A stretch of 64,000 nt of DNA from an uncultured Candidatus Bathyarchaeia archaeon (GCA_964347245.1 CAYFXZ010000002.1:11529-75528); one strand, 5' to 3'. Positions 30,601 to 40,701 are shown, numbered from the stretch's first letter. Notes: a model not told the origin generated them from the letters alone. Translations and numbers: made by a program.

Positions 30601-31228
30601 CAAGGTCGTCAAGCCGCTTTTGCACTTCGTCTATTCTCCCCATAGCTGTGCGGATTGAGATGTCTGCTGTCCGCAGTTTGTCTTCTGCATCAGCTTTTTC
30701 AGCATCATATTGAGCGATTCCAACGAGATCTTCAATTATTTTCCTGCGTTCCGATGGATTAATGTCTGTTAGCCGTGTTATGGTACCCTGGGGGATTATG
30801 TTTTGGCTAACACTACTTATAGCGGCCATAGATAGAATTTCAAGTATATGCGTTCTGGAGATTCGTCTACCATTCAACCTATAAACGCTTTGGCCGTTTC
30901 TGCGAACCTCACGCGAAACCGTAACTGTGAGCGTGTCAACAGGCATTACACCGTCTGAATTGTCAAATTGAATGATTACCTTAGCACGCCTAGCTCTTTC
31001 TAGACCGGCTTTTTCAGAGCCGTGGAAAATCAATTTAGCAGCATTTTCAGCACGCATCCTTCTCGTGCTTAGTTCGCCGAGAGCAAACAAGCAAGCGTCC
31101 ATAATGTTAGTTTTTCCACTTCCATTAGGACCAGTTATAACAGTGAAACCCTTATCTAAAGTTACCCTAATCGTTTGCGGTCCGAAAGACTTGAATCCTT
31201 TAAGCTCAATTTTCTTGATGTGTGGCAT
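27677..31228 (-). CDS. smc: Chromosome segregation ATPase SMC
   Basis: Walker A GPNGSGKTN, long coiled coils, hinge, signature SGGERSV, Walker B YILDEIDAHLD. 1183 aa. Confidence 0.96.
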   Translation of the reverse strand: MPHIKKIELKGFKSFGPQTIRVTLDKGFTVITGPNGSGKTNIMDACLFALGELSTRRMRAENAAKLIFHGSEKAGLERARRAKVIIQFDNSDGVMPVDTLTVTVSREVRRNGQSVYRLNGRRISRTHILEILSMAAISSVSQNIIPQGTITRLTDINPSERRKIIEDLVGIAQYDAEKADAEDKLRTADISIRTAMGRIDEVQKRLDDLERERNELLRHNFIQNEVKKFEAVKTSHEIDQLNKRVEEVSTQAEKARSKVEKFRESRNNRRAKRRVIEGEWRKLSSEMVEESGSQVLKVQIKIGELKSRLAEITTKISAGQTSLESLKRVRDNNIEQYQSIRKEIHENRTHIRKLRRENERLQSDIREREGEHEALVQETEQLWSGLGENSKSIRQLETQIDSHYRKLAFLRSEYLKHQNAINLSSRRLRELNDRKARFTETLKEIKNSLSQLEKVQKEQKSQLKSLENTLERRISQRETVEREISEAGKIASSAKEAVIEFVTQRELAETVAAEEKALRSIEELGELGAIPGIYGRLRRLIKVEKTYRKAIAAAAAGWLNALVVRDIDAAFMCTQTLKNMKLGRIKIIPLQGASNPNSLEAPSTRGVSGVASDFIACARIYEPAVNYVFGDTLIVPNDKTAFALSSEGYRTVTFNGNLYEAGGGFESGYYRSPIDFSKLIPSENAIKRLDEAVKALQQHLSQRDTDISVFEEEIERTKIEIARLSDSIITLDREMIRVKRNVRRTEVNMHRVERNCAKSEKEIKTAREHIGLYKTERSAIKKEIQKLQAELGELRKKTDVGHIQELEVKREKLAEEIISLRQKLGTVQTDMFTRQSQFDNVLRVGYKNARIQLSKVKQQHGKLEKEVTEAIQERESLKQEISNLEKSRVELSKAIFSAREEAKKFTSQIDTIDDELRVLDTEYEQSEMLLNQLQLSVQTYQLQLQQYQNHLMQFGYETPLKTTQKQVEAAETSIRMMRFELERIGGVNQLALSHYQEQSSRYRELSLRLNELEREKQAIVQFMDEIEAKKRKVFMNAFEKININLQTYFSKLTAGGSAVLQLENPDAPFHGGIDMMVQFPNKPFIVVSGASGGERSVSAVAFIFALKDFTPSAFYILDEIDAHLDAFHTAKLADLLAEESGKIQFIVITLKPEMVNKAQKIYGVYERNGVSNVVSTKFLEATN

Positions 31229-31653
31229 TCAGTCTACGTCCTCTATTTTGTAAGCGGTGCATTGCCGCATAAACATCTCCTAAACATTCTTATAAAAGCT
31301 TATTGAACTTAAAGTGGCGATTTCTCACGCGATGCGCTTTCCCTTCTTTTTTGCAGCGTTTTTCTTTTGGTGAACATGGAACGTGTTGAACTTAAGCTCC
31401 CTTTTTGTTCTGCGATGGCGAAACTGGCGAAAGGAAAAACAATAATGCATTTATGCGGAAACGTTACAGGCTTCAACAATTTATGAAGCAAAAACCAGAA
31501 ACATTCAATGCTTTGGCTAATGAGCTTTTTCTGTTCTTTTGAGAAAATCGATAACGAACTAGCTTTGTAGTTAAAACGCATATAGAGTGAGACGACTCGG
31601 TTCGTTTTGGGCTTTCATTTAACTAAAACCTCAGCCTCTTCCCCTTTTTTCTT

Positions 31654-32277
31654 TTAATATTTGCTATCAAAAGCCGGGCTTGCCAACAGGAATAGCCCAA
31701 TTTCTGCAAATAAATTTGGGGAAAAGTGAACTTTCTTGTTTCCTGCAATAAAAGCTGAATCAACAATTTGAATTGTTCTTTTTATGCAATATTCTTTAAA
31801 GTCTGCAATGCTCAAGAAATGTAGGTTCGGAGTATCATACCACTGGTAAGGTAGTGAAGGTGTGACAGGAACTTTTCCTCTAAAGACCATCTGCAGCCTT
31901 GCTGAAATGCAAAGAAAGTTTGGAAATCCAACAATGGTTTTCTTGCCAACTCTGAGTGCTTCTTTTAAAACAAAATCAGGTTTCTTAACTTGCTGGAAAG
32001 TCTGGTTCAATACTAAATAATCGAAGGACTTATCACCATATTCAGACAAGCCCGTGTCAATGTCTTCTTGAACCACACTTAAGCCTCGAGCAACACATCG
32101 GTGAATTGCTGTATTGCTGATTTCGATACCCTGGGCAAGCACCTGCTTTTCATCTATGAGCCACTCCAAGAGTTCTCCGTCGCCGCAGCCAAGGTCCAGC
32201 ACGGACGCGCCTTGTTCAATCCAATCCATAATGATTTGATGTTCAATTTTGGCTAGGGGCTGTCTCAGATTTGTCAC
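31654..32277 (-). CDS. metW: Methionine biosynthesis protein MetW
   Basis: SAM-MTase-like [11 protein letters not shown]. Overlaps the metX stop by 4 nt. Confidence 0.85.
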   Translation of the reverse strand: MTNLRQPLAKIEHQIIMDWIEQGASVLDLGCGDGELLEWLIDEKQVLAQGIEISNTAIHRCVARGLSVVQEDIDTGLSEYGDKSFDYLVLNQTFQQVKKPDFVLKEALRVGKKTIVGFPNFLCISARLQMVFRGKVPVTPSLPYQWYDTPNLHFLSIADFKEYCIKRTIQIVDSAFIAGNKKVHFSPNLFAEIGLFLLASPAFDSKY

Positions 32278-33419
32278 GCTCCGTTCTTAGTTTCGTTTGA
32301 AACTGCGTTCAGGAAATGCTTTATGAGATGTGCTTCTTCCTCAATTTCCAAGAGAAAAGCGTCGTGACCGTATGTGGAGTTTATCTCGCAGTAAGTAGTA
32401 TCAACCCCTGCGAGCTTGCAAGCTTTCACGATCTCTTGCGACTGGTACGCTGGATAAAGCCAATCCGACTTGAAAGCTATCACAAGCACTTTTGCCTCTA
32501 GACCTTGAAATATGTCAGCTAAGCGTTCTCCATTAAGAAGATTGAAGTAATCTATGGCTTTCGTTATGTACAGGTAAGAGTTGGCGTCGAATCTCTTCAC
32601 AAAGTTGTCTCCGCGATACCGCAAGTATCCTTCAACCTCAAATTCTGCTCCAAACTTGTACGGTTCTCGGGCTGCTCTGAAGCGCCTGCCAAACTTCTTC
32701 GCCATCGAAACATCGCTCATGTAGGTTATGTGACCTATCATTCTTGCCACAGCTAAGCCTTTGGCTGGGATAGCGGAGCCGTAGTAGTTGCCTTTTTTCC
32801 AGTTAGGATCTGCTATTATAGCTTGCCTTCCCACCTCGTTGAAGGCTATTTGCTGAGGTGTATGTTTCATTGTTGTTGCGATGGGAATGGCTGACCGTAT
32901 TCTGTCTGGATAACCGACCATCCACTGAAGCGCTTCCATTCCACCCATCGAGCCGCCAATAACCGTCAAAAGTTTTTCTATTCCTAGATTGTCAATCAAG
33001 CGCTTTTGCGCGTTTACCATGTCCCCTATGGTTATTATTGGAAAATCAAGGCCGTAAGGTTGCCCAGTCTTCGGGTTTATTGAAGAGGGCCCTGTTGAAC
33101 CCTTGCAACCTCCGATTACGTTGGAACAAATTACGAAGTACTTGTCTGTATCTAAACCCTTTCCGGCACCGATTAGGTTGTCCCACCATCCAACCGCAGC
33201 TTCTCCTTTAGGGAATCCTGCAGCGTGCGCATCACCAGAAAGTGCATGGAGAACGAGGACTGCGTTTGATTTCTGTCTGTTGAGTTCTCCGTATGTTTCG
33301 TAAGCTAGTGTCACTGGACCAAGTTTCTCGCCAGACTCAAGAGTTAATTCGTCAGGTGGATGTGCAAAGTTGAAATACTTTGTTTCAGTGTTTTGTAATG
33401 AATAATTTTGGATTGTAAT
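32274..33419 (-). CDS. metX: Homoserine O-acetyltransferase (start unresolved: ATT at 33419, or ATG at 33475 plus a frameshift)
   Basis: Alpha/beta-hydrolase with GGSMGGM nucleophile elbow and [10 protein letters not shown]. The frame is open to 33476, but its first canonical start is the GTG at 33314, inside conserved N-terminal sequence. Confidence 0.9.
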   Translation of the reverse strand: MTIQNYSLQNTETKYFNFAHPPDELTLESGEKLGPVTLAYETYGELNRQKSNAVLVLHALSGDAHAAGFPKGEAAVGWWDNLIGAGKGLDTDKYFVICSNVIGGCKGSTGPSSINPKTGQPYGLDFPIITIGDMVNAQKRLIDNLGIEKLLTVIGGSMGGMEALQWMVGYPDRIRSAIPIATTMKHTPQQIAFNEVGRQAIIADPNWKKGNYYGSAIPAKGLAVARMIGHITYMSDVSMAKKFGRRFRAAREPYKFGAEFEVEGYLRYRGDNFVKRFDANSYLYITKAIDYFNLLNGERLADIFQGLEAKVLVIAFKSDWLYPAYQSQEIVKACKLAGVDTTYCEINSTYGHDAFLLEIEEEAHLIKHFLNAVSNETKNGA

Positions 33420-33476
33420 TTTTTTCGCCGCCCTAAAGATTTGGTGATGTGCGACTGCCTTGAAGCTCTTTTCATT

Positions 33477-34802
<1,326 letters not shown>

Positions 34803-34813
34803 TTAGGCAACAT

Positions 34814-34828
34814 CATTGTATAACAATG
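34814..34828. promoter_or_regulatory. Perfect palindrome CATTGT-ATA-ACAATG in the metY / HTH-CBS divergent intergenic region
   Basis: Read directly from the sequence. 6-3-6 inverted repeat. Confidence 0.4.
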
Positions 34829-34849
34829 TTATATGTGTTTTTGTGCTTT

Positions 34850-34867
34850 TTATTCCAAAAGGAATAA
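34850..34867. promoter_or_regulatory. Perfect inverted repeat TTATTCC-AAAA-GGAATAA upstream of the HTH-CBS gene
   Basis: Read directly from the sequence. 7-4-7 inverted repeat, 27 nt upstream of the ATG at 34894. Confidence 0.4.
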
Positions 34868-34893
34868 TAGTCCTTATAATTTGTTACTAAAGC

Positions 34894-35448
34894 ATGTTTC
34901 CACAGGTTGAAGAGATCGCCCAGAAAAGGCGTTTGCTGGGCTTAAAACAGGCTGAACTTGCTAGATTAGCTGGCGTAAGCCAATCTCTAATCGCAAAACT
35001 AGAATCTGGAAAAATTGACTCTTCCTACACAAAAGTAAAGAAAATTTTTGAAACATTAGAACGACTTGAAGTGCAAACGAAAATTCAAGCAGGAAAAGTG
35101 CTTCAAAAAGGCGTTGTCGGCATCAAGAAAAGTGAATTGGTCTCAGAAGCTGTGCTGTTAATGAAGCGACATGGCTACTCCCAACTTCCTGTTTTTGATG
35201 GAAAACACCCAGTCGGTAGTATTTCGGAAAAAGCTATCTTGAATCAAATTTTGGCTGGAAAAGATTTAGCACAAATATCTCGATTACCTGTCGAGGAAGT
35301 AATGGAAGAAGCATTTCCTCAAGTAGATGAAGACGCTCCATTAGCCATAATCTCAAATCTTCTCCAAAATTATTTCGCTGTGTTGGTAATGAAAAAAGGT
35401 ATAGTTGTCGGTATAGTTACGAAGGCTGATCTACTAAGGATCCTATAG
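34894..35448 (+). CDS. Transcriptional regulator, XRE-type HTH fused to a CBS pair (COG3620-like)
   Basis: HTH LKQAELARLAGVSQSLIAKLESGK followed by two CBS repeats (HGYSQLPVFDG..., YFAVLVMKKGIVVGIVTKADLL). Confidence 0.8.
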   Translation: MFPQVEEIAQKRRLLGLKQAELARLAGVSQSLIAKLESGKIDSSYTKVKKIFETLERLEVQTKIQAGKVLQKGVVGIKKSELVSEAVLLMKRHGYSQLPVFDGKHPVGSISEKAILNQILAGKDLAQISRLPVEEVMEEAFPQVDEDAPLAIISNLLQNYFAVLVMKKGIVVGIVTKADLLRIL

Positions 35449-35606
35449 CGTTCTTTTGTATCACCTGAAAAACCACAATCACTTTTTTGCTTTTACGTGA
35501 CTAGTGAAACGTTTTTCGTTAGTTGTTTCTTCATCCAAGACCCAACATCTTATTTTTCAGATTTTTCAGAGATGTATAAATATTAGGATTCATTAGATAT
35601 ATCCGA

Positions 35607-35852
35607 TTGAAAATGTCAAGTAAAAAGGAATGTTGCAGGATTGAAGCTGTTGTAACAATGGATGCCAAAGGGCAAATAGTGTTGCCCAAGGATTTAAGAG
35701 AAAGAGCAAGATTGAGCCCAGGAGCAAAATTGGCGATTGCTGCTCTTGAGCGCAAAGACACAATATGCTGTTTTGTAATGGTAAAGGTCGAGGCTCTAGG
35801 CGACACGGTAAAAAATATGGTAGGAGAAATCTTTGAAGAGAGGACTGTGTGA
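35607..35852 (+). CDS. SpoVT/AbrB-fold small DNA-binding protein with two vicinal Cys pairs
   Basis: AbrB-like KGQIVLPKDLRERARLSPGAKL. CC at residues 9-10 and CC in TICCFV. 15 nt upstream of arsM. Confidence 0.7.
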   Translation: MKMSSKKECCRIEAVVTMDAKGQIVLPKDLRERARLSPGAKLAIAALERKDTICCFVMVKVEALGDTVKNMVGEIFEERTV

Positions 35853-35867
35853 CCAGCAGGTGATGTC

Positions 35868-36665
35868 ATGAAAGAAGATGAAGTTAAGAAAGTGGTTCGC
35901 AAAAGTTATGGAAAAATAGCTGTGGCAGAGAATTGTGGCTGTGGGTGCAGCTCAGAAGTGAGCAAGAACATAGGGTACAGCCAAACTGAATTAGATTCGG
36001 TGCCTGCTGGTGCAAATCTAAATCTGGGTTGTGGAAATCCAGTAGCGTTGGCTTCTTTGAAGGAAGGCGAAACGGTTATAGACCTAGGTTCAGGAGGAGG
36101 GTTGGATTGTTTCCTTGCCGCAAACAAAGTAGGTTTAGAAGGACGGGTTATTGGAGTAGATATGACTCCCGAGATGCTTGATAAAGCACGTGAAAATTGC
36201 CGAAAAGGTTCCTACAAAAATGTTGAATTCCGTTTGGGTGAGATTGAAAATCTGCCAGTTGCAGACAACACTGCCGATGTGATAATTTCAAATTGTGTGA
36301 TTAACTTATCAACTGAGAAACAACGAGTATTTAATGAGGCTTTTCGTGTCCTAAAGCCTGGTGGTCGATTAATGATTTCTGATATTGTGCTTCTAAGAGA
36401 CATCCCTGAAGCTCTTAAAAGGAGTATTCTTGCATATATAGGTTGCATTTCTGGTGCAGAAATGAAATTCGCTTACACTCAACTAATAGAAAATGCCGGT
36501 TTTAGGAGAATAAAAATTGTTGAAGAATTACAACTTGAGCCTGAACAGATTCTAAGCAACGCTACAGCCAAAGCGTTCATGGACGAACTCAATCTAAGCT
36601 TTAACCTAGCAAAAAAAATTGTTGGTTCAGTTGCAAGCATAAAAATCTCAGCAATAAAACCTTGA
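35868..36665 (+). CDS. arsM: Arsenite S-adenosylmethionine methyltransferase
   Basis: SAM motif VIDLGSGGGLDCF, N-terminal CGCGCS, and conserved Cys contexts ISNCVINLS and YIGCISGA. Confidence 0.85.
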   Translation: MKEDEVKKVVRKSYGKIAVAENCGCGCSSEVSKNIGYSQTELDSVPAGANLNLGCGNPVALASLKEGETVIDLGSGGGLDCFLAANKVGLEGRVIGVDMTPEMLDKARENCRKGSYKNVEFRLGEIENLPVADNTADVIISNCVINLSTEKQRVFNEAFRVLKPGGRLMISDIVLLRDIPEALKRSILAYIGCISGAEMKFAYTQLIENAGFRRIKIVEELQLEPEQILSNATAKAFMDELNLSFNLAKKIVGSVASIKISAIKP

Positions 36666-36794
36666 ACCGCAAAGCACGCCTGAAATTCCTGCTGTAAGCC
36701 AAAATATTTCCCCATAGCTGAATCGTTTGATCCTAATGTTTGGATAGAAAAGCTAAAAAGCAAATAACGCTGTTATAATACTAGTTTTTCAAAA

Positions 36795-37049
36795 GTGAAA
36801 GGGAGGCGTTTAAGAATATCACGTGCCTTAGTTTTGATAAACGTTGAAGCAGGTTCAGAAAACCATGTTTTGAAAGATGTGAAAGAAGTTGAGGGTGTTG
36901 AAGAGGCGTATATTTCCTATGGTGTATATGATATTGTTGCAAAAGTCTTTGTAATATCCATGGATGCTCTAAAAGAGATTATCACTAATAAACTCAGACA
37001 AATCAACAAAGTTAGAGCAACACTAACGCTTATGCTCATTGAAGAATAG
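36795..37049 (+). CDS. Stand-alone Lrp/AsnC ligand-binding (RAM) domain protein
   Basis: ALVLINVEAGSENHVLKDVKEVEGVEEAYISYGVYDIVAKV matches the RAM-domain pattern. 84 aa. Confidence 0.7.
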   Translation: MKGRRLRISRALVLINVEAGSENHVLKDVKEVEGVEEAYISYGVYDIVAKVFVISMDALKEIITNKLRQINKVRATLTLMLIEE

Positions 37050-37216
37050 CCTTCTAAGCTGTTTTTACATCATTTGTCAATTCTAGAAAAAGTGAAAGTT
37101 TTTGCTCCAGATCTCCAATCAATAGATTGCTTGGAAAGAGAAATCTTGCTAAAGTCAGCTCTAGATAAATCACTAGATTTAATAATTATAACGCAGTTAT
37201 ATTCAGCTGACTATAT

Positions 37217-37543
37217 ATGGACCCTCCATGCAAGGTTGTAATATTTCAGATATTGCCAACTTTCAGGCTTCTCATGGCAAAAAAGCTTGTTAACAAGCAT
37301 GGTTATACACAAAGGGAAGCAGCGCGCAAAATAGGTATAACTCAAGCCGCAATTAGTCAATATTTAAATGAAAAAAGAGCTGCAAGAGGGGTAAGAGATC
37401 TGCGAATAAACTATCCTTTGGTAGAATCAATGGCTTGCGAAGCCGCAGAAAAGATTGCGAATAATGAAATGAATCCCGATGAAATAATTGCTTATTTTTG
37501 TAAACTTTGTACGACGATGAGGGAAAGCAACTACTGTATCTGA
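37217..37543 (+). CDS. XRE-like HTH transcriptional regulator (COG2522-like)
   Basis: HGYTQREAARKIGITQAAISQYLNEKRA. Confidence 0.65.
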   Translation: MDPPCKVVIFQILPTFRLLMAKKLVNKHGYTQREAARKIGITQAAISQYLNEKRAARGVRDLRINYPLVESMACEAAEKIANNEMNPDEIIAYFCKLCTTMRESNYCI

Positions 37544-37737
37544 ATGGTTTTCCCAAACATTTTGAATATATTTAAAAAACGGAAATGTAATTTGACTGAC
37601 AAACTAAAAGCATTTAAGTGTATCCGAAAAAGTTAGGAATTGGTTTTGAAGCGATTAACCTAGCACCAAGACTCACTTTTTCCTTTATTTTCGTCTCGAT
37701 TGAGAAGCTTGCGAATTGAAGAAACCACAATCGCAAA

Positions 37738-37881
37738 TCAAACCCAAACCGCCATTGTCGTCCAAAACGGAAACTCCAAGAGCCATAACCCAACCTCTGT
37801 GCCAAGCCATGTCAAAGCCTCAACGAGGACAATAACGCCGATAACACCCCAGAAGACCGCATCATCTCTTTCCTTAGTCAT
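37738..37881 (-). CDS. Small hydrophobic protein (47 aa)
   Basis: GGAGGTGA-N7-ATG. MTKERDDAVFWGVIGVIVLVEALTWLGTEVGLWLLEFPFWTTMAVWV has two predicted TM segments. Below the ORF-track size cutoff. Confidence 0.4.
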   Translation of the reverse strand: MTKERDDAVFWGVIGVIVLVEALTWLGTEVGLWLLEFPFWTTMAVWV

Positions 37882-37884
37882 TGC

Positions 37885-37959
37885 TTAATCACCTCCTCTC
37901 CTTCCTTTTGAGCAAAGTACTCGAAAATTCCAATCATTTAGATTGTTTTTCTTATTCAT
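37885..37959 (-). CDS. Micro-ORF (24 aa, basic)
   Basis: AGGTGG-N6-ATG. Sequence MNKKNNLNDWNFRVLCSKGRRGGD. Its 3' end encodes the SD for the next micro-ORF. Below the ORF-track size cutoff. Confidence 0.3.
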   Translation of the reverse strand: MNKKNNLNDWNFRVLCSKGRRGGD

Positions 37960-38075
37960 TTCCATCCACCTGAGGCAAAATAACGGGAAAAACTTAGTTA
38001 AACGATCCGCAAGATCAATTATGAATATTAAAACTCAAATATGAAAAATAACACTGGGATACCGAGGCAAATGAA

Positions 38076-38285
38076 TTGGAGGAATTGTATAATCTCTTGT
38101 TTGAACTCTCAAACGAGGATCGCCTAAGAATTCTTCTCAGGTTAAATGAGAAACCGGCAAAAATTGCTCATATTTCAAAAAAGCTTGAATTCCCGGTTCA
38201 AGAAACGTCGAGGAATATTTCGCGTCTCAACGAGGCAAATTTGGTTCAAAGAAGGAGCGGTGGATCCTTTCAGCTTACCTCATAA
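38076..38285 (+). CDS. ArsR-like winged-helix module (N-terminal half of a COG4742/DUF1724-type regulator)
   Basis: RLRILLRLNEKPAKIAHISKKLEFPVQETSRNISRLNEANLV. Ends at the TAA at 38283. Confidence 0.7.
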   Translation: MEELYNLLFELSNEDRLRILLRLNEKPAKIAHISKKLEFPVQETSRNISRLNEANLVQRRSGGSFQLTS

Positions 38286-38297
38286 GGAGAAAACGCA

Positions 38298-38765
38298 TTG
38301 GCTCTTCTTCCTGGGTTTGAGTTTTTATCCAAGCACACTAAATACTTCATGACACATACTTTATCGCATCTTCCTCACGCGTTCTTCTGCAGAATTGGTG
38401 ACTTAGTCAGCTGCACCTATACTGACGATGTAATGCTGACTTTCTATGAGGCTGAGAAGATGATGGATGAAGCAGAGAAATTCTTATGGCTTCTTTCTGA
38501 TCAGCATCTTGTTAGCGCGGTGCCTCATATGAAGAATACGCTTGAGAAGGGTGCCAGTTTGCGGGTCTTACTTCCTGCTGATTTGACTTATCCGGAGGGG
38601 TACTTTGAGCAAAAAGCTGTGAAAGACTACATTGTTGTGGAGACGCAGGCTAAGAGGGAGGGGAGGCTTGAGGAGCGGTGGATTGATCGAGTTGACACGG
38701 CAATAGGGGTTTCTGACACGGTGAGCGGCAGGATTTTCTTTCCTATGCTAGAGGGGGGATTTTGA
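38298..38765 (+). CDS. C-terminal (DUF1724-like) half of the same regulator, in the same frame
   Basis: LLPGFEFLSKHTKYFMTHTLSHLPHAFFCRIGDL resembles the sensor half of COG4742 proteins. TTG preceded by AAGGAGA-N7. Confidence 0.65.
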   Translation: MALLPGFEFLSKHTKYFMTHTLSHLPHAFFCRIGDLVSCTYTDDVMLTFYEAEKMMDEAEKFLWLLSDQHLVSAVPHMKNTLEKGASLRVLLPADLTYPEGYFEQKAVKDYIVVETQAKREGRLEERWIDRVDTAIGVSDTVSGRIFFPMLEGGF

Positions 38766-39022
38766 TTATAAGGGCTTCACCGTAACTGATGTGCTTTCTC
38801 ATGAATATTGCAAAGACTTGTTCGAATATTACTGGAATAAAGCTTCGGCAAAAGTTCCAAACCAATTTTTTGACTCGGCTAATCACTAATGCATTTTCTC
38901 CTGAATAAAATTAGCTCGCGCTAAATTTGCTTCTGAAATCAAAGTTTGTTAGCTAATTTTTAAATATAACATTATTGTAAAGAGGGCGCTAGACATGCCA
39001 TTTTAAAAAGCGAGGACAATCT

Positions 39023-39766
39023 ATGGAGCAAAACCGCAGACAAAAAGCAAGAAAAAGGTTACTTCTAATAATGTTCTTTTTATTTCCAGTTGTGTATTAT
39101 TACCTTTCCCCATATCTCATCATTGCTGGTGGTTTAGAAGGCATCATAACCGGTAGTTTCATCAGCTTTCTTGGCATGTTCATAGGTTCACTTTTTCTTG
39201 GGAGACTTTTTTGCGGGTGGCTTTGTCCTGGTGGAGCTGTACAAGAATTAAGCCTAAAAATCAATAGTAAAAGTTACAACGGCAAAAAACGAAATCTAAT
39301 TAAGTATTTCATTTGGATTCCATGGATTTCAATAGTAGTAATTGTTTTCATTCAATCAGGAATAAGAGCTATTGACCCATTCTACCAAACTTATTATGGA
39401 ATCTCAATCTCCGATGTTTATTCAGCTATAACATTCCTTTTTTTCGCAATTCTAATTGGTGGAATTGCACTTGCAGCGGGCAAGAGAGCGTTTTGCCATT
39501 CTGGATGCTGGATGGCACCTTTCATGATTATGGGAAGAAAAATTCGAAACGTAGGAAACTGGCCATCACTACAACTCGTTGGAGATAGAAGTAAATGCAC
39601 TAATTGCTACACATGTACTAAGAACTGCTCTATGAGTTTGGATGTAAATTCAATGGTTCAGAATGAATCTTTGGAAGATTCCGAATGCATACTCTGCGGA
39701 AGTTGCGTAGATAACTGTCCTATGAATGCTATCACATTTTCTTTCGGCAAAAGAAAATCAAACTAA
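39023..39766 (+). CDS. NapH/MauN-like membrane 4Fe-4S protein
   Basis: TM helices with a CGWLCPGG motif and a C-terminal CTNCYTCTKNC ... CILCGSCVDNCP. Confidence 0.75.
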   Translation: MEQNRRQKARKRLLLIMFFLFPVVYYYLSPYLIIAGGLEGIITGSFISFLGMFIGSLFLGRLFCGWLCPGGAVQELSLKINSKSYNGKKRNLIKYFIWIPWISIVVIVFIQSGIRAIDPFYQTYYGISISDVYSAITFLFFAILIGGIALAAGKRAFCHSGCWMAPFMIMGRKIRNVGNWPSLQLVGDRSKCTNCYTCTKNCSMSLDVNSMVQNESLEDSECILCGSCVDNCPMNAITFSFGKRKSN

Positions 39767-39782
39767 CGAGGTTGCAAGAAGA

Positions 39783-40043
39783 ATGAAAATTTTGGAAATA
39801 ATGGGTGTTATCTTTTTTGGATTTGTCGGACAAATGGGTTGTTGGAGTTTGATGATGGGAGGTCAAGCGGTTACCACCTTGGAGAATGCCCTAATTATTC
39901 ATGCAACTGGGGCACCTTTTGTTTTTGCCCTTTTATCTTTTATCTATTTCAAAAAACTCAATTACACTAAACCTTTAACTACAGCGGCTATTTTTGTTGC
40001 TACAAAGTCCTTATGGATTTCTTCATCGTTTCCCTTTTTATAA
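39783..40043 (+). CDS. Small membrane protein, probably continued in another frame to 40147
   Basis: Hydrophobic ORF. The adjacent frame (39971-40147) continues the TM pattern (VLMDFFIVSLFI...IGTWIPFALIF). Confidence 0.45.
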   Translation: MKILEIMGVIFFGFVGQMGCWSLMMGGQAVTTLENALIIHATGAPFVFALLSFIYFKKLNYTKPLTTAAIFVATKSLWISSSFPFL

Positions 40044-40497
40044 ACCAAAATTTTGATATGTTTCTAAGTCCAATCGGAACGTGGATTCCTTTTGCCTTAA
40101 TTTTCACATCAACTTATCTTACAGGTACGTATGTAAGAAGAGAATAAATGGACAAAAATTAGTACACGCAACTCAAGGCTAAACTGCCAGTTTATAGAAT
40201 CACCGCAGCTGACTGGAAAAACTTTACCGAAGCTCTATAACAGTGTTATAATTAGAAAATTGACACTGAATCATAAATGGAAGAAAAAGAAGAATCGAAA
40301 GCCTCTTCTTAGCTGCTTAAAAAGAGGAAATGAAGCAATGAAACAGCTAGTACTTACAAACGTAATTCATCGACTTTTTTCATTCTTATGAAAGCTTATT
40401 CGATTCAACAAGTTTTAACAGTTATTTAAAAGAAGCAGACAAAAGAGAAAACTAATAAGTGACCCTGAGAAAAAACCCGCAAAGGTGAACAGCTGAT

Positions 40498-40701
40498 ATG
40501 AGCCTTAGATTGGGCTTGGGCAATATGAGCGCCGTACAAGAAGTCTTCATATTAGCCCTGATGCTGGTTTCAATTTTTGCATTTTTCTTTACGGATCTAG
40601 AACTTGCTTATAAGATAGGCATAGCAGCATTGGTTTTCAGCTTGATATTCTTAACAAGTTTGGCTACCCAATTGTTAAAAGAAGAAAAAGAAAACAAGTA
40701 A
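40498..40701 (+). CDS. Small two-TM membrane protein
   Basis: 67-aa ORF with two hydrophobic helices and a lysine/glutamate tail. Confidence 0.4.
   Translation: MSLRLGLGNMSAVQEVFILALMLVSIFAFFFTDLELAYKIGIAALVFSLIFLTSLATQLLKEEKENK

Noticed and set aside
31254-31653. 90-aa minus ORF (31309-31581) and short plus-strand fragments (one containing HLCGN) between smc and metW
   Set aside because: There is no SD, the composition is odd, and no domain is visible. The plus-strand fragments are broken over several frames, and the resemblance to a methyltransferase/URO-D-like remnant is too weak to call without a search.
35531-35902. 123-aa minus-strand ORF overlapping the AbrB-like gene
   Set aside because: The plus-strand frame has a clear SpoVT/AbrB motif and is operonic with arsM. 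The minus ORF is Ser/Thr/Leu-rich and has no motif.
38146-38352. 68-aa ORF bridging the two halves of the split regulator in another frame
   Set aside because: The two in-frame halves both show family-typical sequence. The bridging frame is basic and low-complexity.
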